This document shows positions 36,474-47,700 of a DNA stretch of 64,000 nucleotides, piece by piece. Source of the stretch: Macrostomum lignano (Eukaryota); the NCBI GenBank assembly GCA_002269645.1, contig NIVC01000420.1:124001-188000 (forward strand), given 5' to 3'. Each line of letters starts with the position of its first letter. Within the stretch, counting starts at the first letter, position 1. The notes below the pieces were generated by a model that did no database searches, had not been told where the DNA came from, and worked only from the letters and a program-made list of their open reading frames with translations. The position numbers and the translations under genes were made by a program.

Positions 36474-37396
36474 CTTTAGGATAATGCAATCGTCTATGGT
36501 TAAACCATGAGCACATTTATTTTTTTTTTTTCACCTAAACTTCAGGATAATGATTTCAAACTCGGGATAATGGACGCCTATTTTTAGAACAAAACAGCAA
36601 ACACCAACAACAAAAGATTAGCGCTATGGAAAGTTAATTGTGCAGTATCAATATGGCGCAATTGTCATAGTGCCGAAGACCATTACAGATTGCAATTGTT
36701 GAAAGTGCAGTTGTTCATAATAAAGATATTCCGACCGTTCATCTGACGACCATCAGACACGCTCACTGCTTCTTGCACGATGGAACTTTGGATGCTGATG
36801 TCAGCAGGCATTGTTACTTGACCGTGGGTCGCGGCGCTTTGTCCCATGTTCAACGCACGCGACACTGCATCGCTGCATTGTTGCAGGGACTTGTCCCGTT
36901 TAACTGCCAGGTAGCGCCGGACCGTGCTCTCGGACTTTTGACCCGTGATAGCCATGATCTCGCTCATCGAATGCCCAGCCGATTCCAGGTCTCAAGAAAG
37001 TGCAAGAAGTTCAAAAAGTCTTCGTTATCCTTCATGTCCTTCTGAGATGTGGAAAGTCTTGAGATCCAATTGAGTTCGCTGCTAGATACGTTGGCTAAAC
37101 TTTCGACAGGCAGATTGCCCCAGTTGATCGGATATGACGTCTGGTTCTCCATGGCCAAGCGAATGTAGCTATTTACGTTTTATTCTCTCTTTCTCTCCAC
37201 ATCTCCTTCCTTTCCACCCTCTTAACCCCCAGCCTGTTTGCAACTTCGTTGTCTATGGCCCAAACTCCAGTAAACCACCTCAGTCTTTATGTCTCTCTCT
37301 CCTCGGTAACCCCTCTCTCCTTTCGATGCCCTTTTTGTCTATGGCCCCACTGAAATTCGACAATGCGGTTATTCGTAAGTGAGACTTTAGGATAAT
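36474..37396 (-). mobile_element. Internally deleted Crypton-like (tyrosine recombinase) element
   Basis: Minus-strand DLESAGHSMSEIMAITGQKSESTVRRY matches the C-terminal YR/DUF3504-type box (IMxxTGHKS...Y). A 12-bp direct repeat CTTTAGGATAAT lies at 36474-85 and 37385-96. The R and HxxR boxes are absent. Confidence 0.6.
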
Positions 37397-38337
37397 AGTC
37401 CGGCTCATGAGTGCGCGCAGAACCAACCATTGAATTTAATCCAAGATACGTTTGCCAATGAAACGGAGCTTTTGTCTATGGTAGCAAGGCTGGCACAGCG
37501 GCACTTGATTTAGTCCAACAAGCATCCATTTGGTCCATAGCTTTATTTGCAACTGTTGCGGAGGAGCAAGATCGGCCCCAGAATTGTGAACCATGCTAGG
37601 TTGTCGAACGTATGCCACTGGCTTGTGATCAAAGCACTCAACAGAGGTGAACACCCAAAGGACATTGCAAGGTTGCTGAACATAGAAGAAAGATGACTTT
37701 ACAGCATCCATCAGCGTGTTGAAACCACTTCTCGCATAGGTCGCCTGTGAGAGGTGGCAATCGCCAAGACGAACCCTTTGTTGACGTTGCAGAAATGCAG
37801 CAAACGTCATTGGCAAACCTATCTTGGATTAAATTCAATGCGCGTACGCCCAAATAAGCTGCAAAAAGCAGCTTGATATATTTGATGATCTATTATATCG
37901 CATTTATGCGTAGCGACCAAAGAACAACTAACTACAAGCAAAAGTTTGTGTAGAGTATATACTTCTACAGACTGCTCAAGTCATTAGCAACGTAGCAACA
38001 ATGGAAATGACTAAATTCAAAAGTCAGACAACAAATTCAAAAGTCAGAGCAAAGTTTCTTTTGCTTGATTTCATTTGGTTGATAAATTTTTGCAGTTTTT
38101 TCCACAGTTACTCTGCTTTGACTTTATTGAACTTAAAACTCTTAAACGTTACTAAACTCGCGTTTTCAAAACAAATAAGAAAAAAATTTCCGTGGCGGAT
38201 CCAGACCGAATAAGTTAGCCAAGAGCTTCCTCACTCATCTCGCGTGCTCGTTGGTCGTCAGGACCCGGATCTTCTATCAGAGTGGATCCTCCGCCGACAA
38301 GACTAACGACAAGCGGCTGCTGACCATGGGCTCTCCG

Positions 38338-38507
38338 GCTCTCTCCTGCCCTGATGCTAGCTCGTACTGCTCTCTCCTCCCCAGATGCTAGCTCGTACTG
38401 CTCTCTCCTCCCCAGATGCTAGCTCGTACTGCTCTCTCCTCCCCAGATGCTAGCTCGTACTGCTCTCTCCTCCCCAGATGCTAGCTCGTACTGCTCTCTC
38501 CTCCCCA
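38338..38507. repeat. 31-bp minisatellite (CTCGTACTGCTCTCTCCTCCCCAGATGCTAG), about 5.5 copies, between two direct repeats of about 55 bp
   Basis: Tandem units; flanking repeats at about 38243-38298 and 38514-38570. Confidence 0.9.
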
Positions 38508-38765
38508 TACGCTCACGTGTTCGTTGGTCATCAGGACCCTGTCATTCTATCAGAGTGGATCCTCCACCGCAACATTGGTTTCTAAGCAACAGCTAAGCAA
38601 CACGAATAGATGTTATAACACTTGTTGCGCACCCACTCACGCCAAAAGACTCCACTACGAATTTAAATTTCGTCGCTCGAGTAAAAAGACGTAGAATGCA
38701 TGCAACGTCGAGTTTTAACCATTGGTATCAATACACAAATCAAATTGAAGAGTAGCAACACACAA

Positions 38766-41700
38766 TTACTCAGCAATGTACACATAGTACACCCAATAAC
38801 CCAGGTTAAACATGCCGAACGACAGAGGAAACGCAGCTCTCGAGATCCTGTCGATCATCTCAGCGCTGCTAACGAACTCCTCCTCCTGCAGGCTGCCGTG
38901 GCTCCCACCGAATGGACTGTCGGAGTCGCCGCTACCGACAGACTGGAAGGCGACCCGTCTGCGCAGGCCGCCGATCCCACCGCCGCCATCACCCGAGGTG
39001 GCGCCAGCCGCGCCAGCACCGACGCTTCGAGAATTATTAATAAGGGTATCCGTCTCGCAGCTCCCGGTAGCAGCGTCCGCCTCTCGGTTCATGAAAGTCA
39101 TCATCGGGTTGGCCTGAGAGCGGTTCTGAAAATTGAATGCAACAAATGTCTTGTGAGATTGTCGTTGTCAGGTACAAACAGACTCTCCTCTCCTCTCCTC
39201 TCCTCTCCTCTCCTCTCCTCTCCTCTCCTCTCCTCTCCTCTCCTCTCCTCTCCTCTCCTCTCCTCTCCTCTCCTCTCCTCTCCTCTGCTCTGCTCTCCTC
39301 TCCTCTCCTCTGCTCTGCTCTCCTCTCCTCTGCTCTGCTCTCCTCTGCTCTGCTCTCCTCTCCTCTGCTCTGCTCTCCTCTGCTCTGCTCTCCTCTCCTC
39401 TGCTCTGCTCTCCTCTCCTCTGCTCTGCTCTCCTCTGCTCTGCTCTCCTCTGCTCTGCTCTCCTCTCCTCTCCTCTCCTCTCCTCTGCTCTGCTCTCCTC
39501 TCCTCTCCTCTCCTCTCCTCTCCTCTGCTCTGCTCTCCTCTCCTCTGCTCTCCTCTCCTCTGCTCTGCTCTCCTCTGCTCTGCTCTCCTCTGCTCTGCTC
39601 TGCTCTCCTCTGCTCTGCTCTCCTCTCCTCTGCTCTGCTCTCCTCTCCTCTGCTCTGCTCTCCTCTGCTCTGCTCTCCTCTCCTCTGCTCTGCTCTCCTC
39701 TGCTCTGCTCTCCTCTCCTCTCCTCTCCTCTCCTCTCCTCTCCTCTCCTCTCCTCTCCTCTCCTCTCCTCTCCTCTCCTCTTATCTCCTCTCCTCTCCTC
39801 TCCTCTCCTCTCCTCTCCTCTCCTCTCCTCTCCTCTCCTCTCCTCTCCTCTCCTCTCCTCTCCTCTCCTCTCCTCTCCTCTCCTCTAGGTGACAAACTGT
39901 TAAGAAGTTTTAATTAAATGACACTTAACGGCATACCCTCTTGTTAGATCCAACGCTATTGTCTCTTGCCTCGGCCAGCGCTGCACTCCGCTCGTCCAAC
40001 ATCCTGCGCAGGTTCTCCCAGCGTTCCAGAGTGCTGTGCTGCCGGGCCAGCACGTTCGCAATGGCGTACTCGATCAGGGCACCGAACACGAACACCAGGC
40101 AGGTGGACATCCACACGTCTATGGCCTGATTGGGACAGTGAGGGTTTGTGCTGTGTCATTTACAATCATTGGTCTACATTTCTTGATACGATCCCTTAGA
40201 TATCCTCGGAAAAGCTACAGAAGGGCTCATCTCAAAAATCTCGTGACGCAAACGGCAAAGCAGTCAAAGCGCTCTATAGCTTAAACTTTGCATCTTTTGC
40301 TTTCTCTTCCCCAGCCAGCATTTCCTGGAGCTTCATCGCCAACTCTGAATGCATTTCTGTTGACACGTAGAAACTATAAAAAGTTGTAAACACGATCGTA
40401 GCCGCTCCAGCAATACGGGCAGCCAACAGAAAGGTTGAATGACAAAGCAAATTTTCTGGTCTGCTTTTGCTGAACAAAAAGCAGTTGAGCCTCTATTTGC
40501 TCACCCGGAGCTACGGACAGGAAGTTGGACTCCCAAAGCGGAGCATCCGGCTTTCTTCTCGCCCAGTTCTGGCTTCTGGACTCGGCAGAGTTGATGGAGT
40601 ACATTGTCAGAGCAATTTCCCCTCAGCATTCACGTCCATTTTTTCTCGGTCTCCCTGCTCCCTTCTCTATCTGATCTGTTCATTCAGCTTGGCTCTTTGT
40701 TAGGAAAACAAACCACGTTAAAAGTTTAGACAAGTTAGCCAGCCCCCGCTTTAACAACTGAGAACTTATCAGATTTCGATGGATGCATCAACTTAAATGA
40801 GTGGCTGTCAAAATTATAAAGTATTCTTTGATTATCAATCAATTTATCCTAACAGAGTGAGTTTCGGCAAGTACTCAGGTGAATAATAGGCTGCTTGCGT
40901 CACATTCGAAGGAGGCTGTAAGATTTTATGTGAATTAATAATAATAGTAATTGATTAAACCTGCCCTGGGCAGATGTGCAACCGACAGCTCAGCCGCAGC
41001 TATTGCGCGGCGCATCTGAAGGCTGCGTACGGCTGTTCAGTCCAAGGACTGGGGGAGGGGGGGTCGCCACACACACCCTCAGTTCCCCAGGCTATTGCAG
41101 ACACCCATTTTACAGCTGGGTGAACTGAAGCAATGCAGAGTCAAGTAGTGTCTTGCTCAAGGACACAAGCTGTTCCGATTGGGTCGAGAATCGAACCCCC
41201 GACCTTTCAGTCGTGGCTACAAGCCCCTTATGAACGTAGAAAATTGAGAAGCGAACTCCATCCCCTTCACAAGAGAGTAAAGGCACTTTCTTAGCTAAGT
41301 AAAATTCGCAGCAGCTTCCAACAGTGCAGTCAGAGAAAGCTCTCCGAATTTGGTTTCCCCTCTCTCCCCCCATCCTCCCCCTGCCCTGCCTGCCAAGCGA
41401 ATAAAGACGTCTGCGACGGGTCGGCTGGCGCAAAAAGTAGGAAATTCCTTCTAGAAGAAGTGAGTGCCTTTTTCTTTGGGCGGTGGAGGTCAACCAACCG
41501 ATGCTGCTAGTGAGACCGGCTTAAAAATTGGGTCCAAATTGAATTATCCACCCCCCCCGAAAGCTGCTGGAGACTGGCGGCTGATCCCAGTGGGAAATGA
41601 AAGTGGCTGGGGTACATAAGTACGGCTTGAGCTGAGGAGAATGAAGGAAGTTTCTTTTATCCCTTTCCTCATCTGACATCAGCTACTTAGTTTTCTTATT

Positions 41701-44700
41701 AATGACAGCATTTTTGTCCTTCGTCAATCAGTGAGAAGGACACTATTAGCTATATAACATCAGGACGTTCTAGATTACCTTCCGGACATTAAAAACGAGT
41801 CTGAAGTCCTTAACACCTATGCAAGGCATTTGTGTTGACCAGAAAATTATCCTGAAATCAATTTAAAACGTTTTTGAAGGAGGAACCGATAAAGCAAATA
41901 TTGGACCAGAGCCTAACCCTTCAATGGATGTGATCTTTCGAAGTTCAATCGTGCCTACATAGCGGCACACCAGCCGCTAGAGAACGAAAGAAAGAATGAA
42001 ATCTAAAAAATCGTCTATGGCCAAAACTCTTTATTTAAAACCCACTAAGGCTAACTATAACAACACTCCCGCGTAGATAAAAAACTTCATCTTTAGAATA
42101 TCCTACTAAAAAAATCGAGCTTTCGCCTGACATTTTAACATGCCAAAACCTACACGTGAACTGTCAAAGTTGTCTCAAAGAATGCCTTTCTTAATAGTTC
42201 TACTATGAAAAATTAAAAAAATTAATTGACTGTGGACGGCACTTCCACTCTCTTAAGCTGCGACCAAATAGTTCTATACACGGCAGACCTAGTCACGAAA
42301 ACTTTCATTATTGCTGCCTTCGCTCCCGCTTTCTCCTGTTAACGGATCCGAGAATGAAGAAAAAATTTCTGCGTGTCAGGAAAATTTTCTCAAATCTTAT
42401 TCGGCCGGCTCTGGGAGCGGAACAGAGGACCCCTCAGCAGCAAAATGTTGAGGGGCTGCGTGGCTTTACACCAAGCCAGAAAAACTTCATTCCTTTAATC
42501 GAATTCTAATCCAGAATTGAGAAGACAAAAAAGGACAATAGCCAGATTGAGATTCCCTGTGAGCTGCTCAAGAGGTCCTCAATAGTCTCACCTAAAGCTG
42601 ACAGAGCAGCTTCAGTGCCATGAATAGGCGGAGTCAGAAGGCCTGATAAAATCGATAACGCCGGCCAACCTCTACAAGAGTCACGAAAAACACGGAGGCA
42701 ATTCTGAATGTTCTTCCGCTGCATTCTAAACCCCCCCTCTCTATATCATGGCTGCGGACAGTCTTTAGACAGATTAGACTGCTTATAAATCAGTTAAAGT
42801 TTCTTCCTCTTTACGCTTAATCCAAAAGAGATTTAGTAGAACTACTATTGAATTGAAGAAAGTGAAGTAAAATCATTGTGTAGGGAAAACCAACAGCGGA
42901 CACAATTGGGAGCTCCTGGTCTTAAGGTGAAAAATCCATATCTGAAACCTTACAAACAGCGGTATAGATCATACCAATCATAACAAACCTTGATGTAGGA
43001 CACCCTGGGCAGCTGTCCCAATGCCCCAGAGCTCTGCGTAGTCATGCTGAGAACCGTCAGCAAGCCAAGACTGATCCTGGCTGGCACCGCTCTGACGTCG
43101 ATCCAAAATGACACCCAGCTCAGGATGACAATCAGAATGCTGGGTATGTAGGTCTGGATCAAGTAGAACCCCGACTTTCGGTTCAGGTAAAATGTCACCA
43201 GCAGATATGAGTAGTCGCCTAAATAGGAATGTCCAGGTTCACGGCAAGACGCCATTGACAATTGAGCTCTCCCACTTTCTCCTCCCCAGATGCTACCGCT
43301 CTCCCCTCCCAACTCTATCACTGTCCCCCATAACTCTAGAGATTCCCATGACTTTTTGCATCTGAATTACCCCCAGCAGCAACCGCAACTCACCAGTGAG
43401 ATATTTCACAACGCAAGTCTCCGTACTGATATTTGGGGGCGTGACAAACTCGGGCAGTTCTAAGTCATCGCTGAACTCGACCCTCTCGTCAATCTTAGCC
43501 ACCCATTCGAACAAGAGCTGATGGGTTGTGTAACCGTCTGAAAATACGAGTAGAGTGTCTCAGGCTCATTCGAAGGTCAAGGCAGTAATGCCTATGTATG
43601 CCCACGCAGGATGTTCTGACTGTCTTACAATGGGGTTGGCCCTCATGGGTATAAATCATTCGACAAGTTCAAAATTAATGAAGTAATCGAGGTCGAGCAC
43701 GGAATCTAACCTGGGCAGTTTCGCGCGCTAGACAGGGTTGATAAGAACGTATTCTAGAAGTGTTTATATAATACTGTAGCTAGTAGTGATCATAATGTAA
43801 CCGCATTCTGGCAGCTGTTCCGGATGATCAGAGAGGCAGTCAGAAAAGACTGACCAGCAGTCAGCTGTCGTTGACCTATTTGTCCTATGAATTTGCGAAA
43901 ATAAAAATGACTGTCCTTCTATGCTTGACAGGGAGGCATTCATAGAGACTCATTCCCCCTCTACATTTCCATCTGTCTGTCTTCTAAAGCCGTTTTACTC
44001 AGCACTGTTGCAGAAGTGGAGAGGCCTGCGTTTGCGTTTATAGAAAGGCAGAACAGGTGTTTCAACAGGCCCAAGTTGCTATACCGAAAAAAGCATAATT
44101 TACTGCAATTCCAATGGACAGAAAGAAGTACATGCAGCCGCGCCAGGTGATACTTTCACTCACAGCTCTCCATCTTCAGGTGGCACTTTTGCTTGTCCAT
44201 TGGAAACTTTTTCAAGTCCATGTTGCATGAGAGCTTCACGGTGAGTCTGCAAGATTTATGGATAAAAATGTGAGGGAAGTCGGCTGGAAGGTGGGAAGCT
44301 ATGTTCTGCGTATGGCCTGATGCTGAGCGGAAACTCATCCTAAACGCGCCTCATCTCATGCCTCTTAAACATGTCTCATAACAGTAGAACTACCAAAGGT
44401 TGGGGAAGGTTGTTGCGCACTTTCTCAAACAAGAATCAAGTCGCCAGCCCACCGGACAGTCGAGATATTCGACAATTCTGCCAGAAGGTCGGATTTTTCC
44501 CATAAGCGCCAGTGTATTCAGTACACCCCTGTGTGCCAATCAGCACTGCGCCTCAGTGCAGCCTTGCCAAGTCTCCAAATTTCATCAACACGTCGACCAC
44601 ATGTGTCTGCATCAGCTCTGACTTTGTTGGTCACTGGCCTTCACCCAGACGGAGCTTCTGCACCTTCAACGGGTGACCAAGAAAGTTAAAGCTAATGCAG

Positions 44701-47700
44701 ACATACCCATACACTGTACACATCGGCAGCTAATGAGCGATCAAACGCCTTGTGCGTGACCTTCTTTGTTAAAGCTATAAATCAATAACGAAAGGTACCC
44801 CTGAAAGACGCGGAAGCGAACTCACTTTTGACTAAAAGTCACCTCGCCGCTCGGTTTAACCCTTAGCAGCAAATTCGGCGTGGTGATCTCGTGAAAATTG
44901 CCTCGTTTCTCGTTGATAAAATACAAATCAGGGACCCACAGTTCGGATTTCTTTGAGTTTAGGGTTAGCGACTCGTTGTAGCCCCGATGGGCGTATGCCA
45001 GCCGCGTGTCGTTCCAGTACTGCCTCAGGAACATGTTGACGGAATAGTCCTGAGAACGAGGATGTTGGACAGAAATTTTAATTTATTCTTGCTTGAAAAA
45101 ATCAGGAAAGGATTAAAAAACAGATGCCTCGATAAAGCATGATTTATCCTGATAAAAATAAATTACATTTTCACTAGCAATAGTTTTTCCGGTAACAAAG
45201 AATTGAAGCAATCTCAGTAATGACAGTCAGATCCAGAATCTCAGCAATGACAGTCAGATCCAGAATCTCAGCAATGACAGTCAGATCCAGAATCTCAGCA
45301 ATGACAGTCAGATCCAGAATCTCAGCAATGACAGTCAGATTCAGAATCTCAGCAATGACAGTCAGATTCAGAATCTCAGCAATGACAGTCAGATCCAGAA
45401 TCTCAGCAATGACAGTCAGATTCAGAATCTCAGCAATGACAGTCAGATTCAGAATCTCAGCAATGACAGTCAGATCCAGAATCTCAGCAATGACAGTCAG
45501 ATCCAGAATCTCAGTAATGACAATCAGATCCAGAATCTCAGCAATGACAGTCAGATCCAGAATCTCAGCAATGACAGTCAGATCCAGAATCTCAGCAATG
45601 ACAGTCAGATCCAGAATCTCAGCAATGACAGTCAGATCCAGAATCTCAGCAATGACAGTCAGATCCAGAATCTCAGCAATGACAGTCAGATTCAGAATCT
45701 CAGCAATGACAGTCAGATTCAGAATCTCAGCAATGACAGTCAGATCCAGAATCTCAGCAATGACAGTCAGATCCAGAATCTCAGTAATGACAATCAGATC
45801 CAGAATCTCAGCAATGACAGTCAGATCCAGAATCTCAGCTATGACAGTCAGATCCAGAATCTCAGCAATGACAGTCAGATTCAGAATCTCAGCAATGACA
45901 GTCAGATCCAGAATCTCAGCAATGACAGTCAGATCCAGAATCTCAGCAATGACAGTCAGATCCAGAATCTCAGCAATGACAGTCAGATCCAGAATCTCAG
46001 CAATGACAGTCAGATCCAGAATCTCAGCAATGACAGTCAGATTCAGAATCTCAGCAATGACAGTCAGATTCAGAATCTCAGCAATGACAGTCAGATCCAG
46101 AATCTCAGCAATGACAGTCAGATTCAGAATCTCAGCAATGACAGTCAGATTCAGAATCTCAGCAATGACAGTCAGATCCAGAATCTCAGCAATGACAGTC
46201 AGATCCAGAATCTCAGTAATGACAATCAGATCCAGAATCTCAGCAATGACAGTCAGATCCAGAATCTCAGCAATGACAGTCAGATCCAGAATCTCAGCAA
46301 TGACAGTCAGATTCAGAATCTCAGCAATGACAGTCAGATCCAGAATCTCAGCAATGACAGTCAGATCCAGAATCTCAGCAATGACAGTCAGATCCAGAAT
46401 CTCAGCAATGACAGTCAGATCCAGAATCTCAGCAATGACAGTCAGATCCAGAATCTCAGCAATGACAGTCAGATTCAGAATCTCAGCAATGACAGTCAGA
46501 TTCAGAATCTCAGCAATGACAGTCAGATCCAGAATCTCAGCAATGACAGTCAGATCCAGAATCTCAGCAATGACAGTCAGATCCAGAATCTCAGCAATGA
46601 CAGTCAGATCCAGAATCTCAGTAATGACAGTCAGATGCAGAATCTCAGTAATGACAATCAGATCCAGAATCTCAGCAATGACAGTCAGATCCAGAATCTC
46701 AGCAATGACAATCAGATCCAGAATCTCAGCAATGACAGTCAGATCCAGAATCTCAGCAATGACAGTCAGATCCAGAATCTCAGCAATGACAGTCAGATTC
46801 AGAATCTCAGCAATGACAGTCAGATTCAGAATCTCAGCAATGACAGTCAGATCCAGAATCTCAGCAATGACAGTCAGATCCAGAATCTCAGCAATGACAG
46901 TCAGATCCAGAATCTCAGCAATGACAGTCAGATCCAGAATCTCAGTAATGACAGTCAGATGCAGAATCTCAGTAATGACAATCAGATCCAGAATCTCAGC
47001 AATGACAGTCAGATCCAGAATCTCAGCAATGACAATCAGATCCAGAATCTCAGCAAGGACAGTCAGATCCAGAATCTCAGCAATGACAGATTCAGAATCT
47101 CAGCAATGACAATCAGATCCAGAATCTCAGCAATGACAGTCAGATCCAGAATCTCAGCAATGACAGATTCAAAATCTCAGCAATGACAATCAGATCCAGA
47201 ATCTCAGCAATGACAGTCAGATTCAGAATCTCAGCAATGACAGTCAGATCCAGAATCTCAGCAATGACAGTCAGATCCAGAATCTCAGCAATGACAGTCA
47301 GATCCAGAATCTCAGCAATGACAGTCAGATCCAGAATCTCAGCAATGACAGTCAGATTCAGAATCTCAGCAATGACAGTCAGATCCAGAATCTCAGCAAT
47401 GACAGTCAGATTCAGAATCTCAGCAATGACAGTCAGATCCAGAATCTCAGCAATGACAGTCAGATCCAGAATCTCAGCAATGACAGTCAGATCCAGAATC
47501 TCAGCAATGACAATCAGATTCAGAATCTCAGCAATGACAGTCAGATTCAGAATCTCAGCAATGACAGTCAGATCCAGAATCTCAGCAATGACAGTCAGAT
47601 CCAGAATCTCAGTAATGACAATCAGATCCAGAATCTCAGCAATGACAGTCAGATCCAGAATCTCAGCAATGACAGTCAGATCCAGAATCTCAGCAATGAC

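Noticed and set aside
38243-38570. CTGATGA/CTGACGA followed by GAA plus a palindrome on the minus strand as a hammerhead ribozyme
   Set aside because: No stem II, GAAC/GAGC instead of GAAA, and no UH cleavage triplet in register.
40274-40703. Short ORFs in LGIC intron 7 as an alternative M3 exon or nested gene
   Set aside because: No similarity to M3 and no consistent splice phases or recognisable domain.
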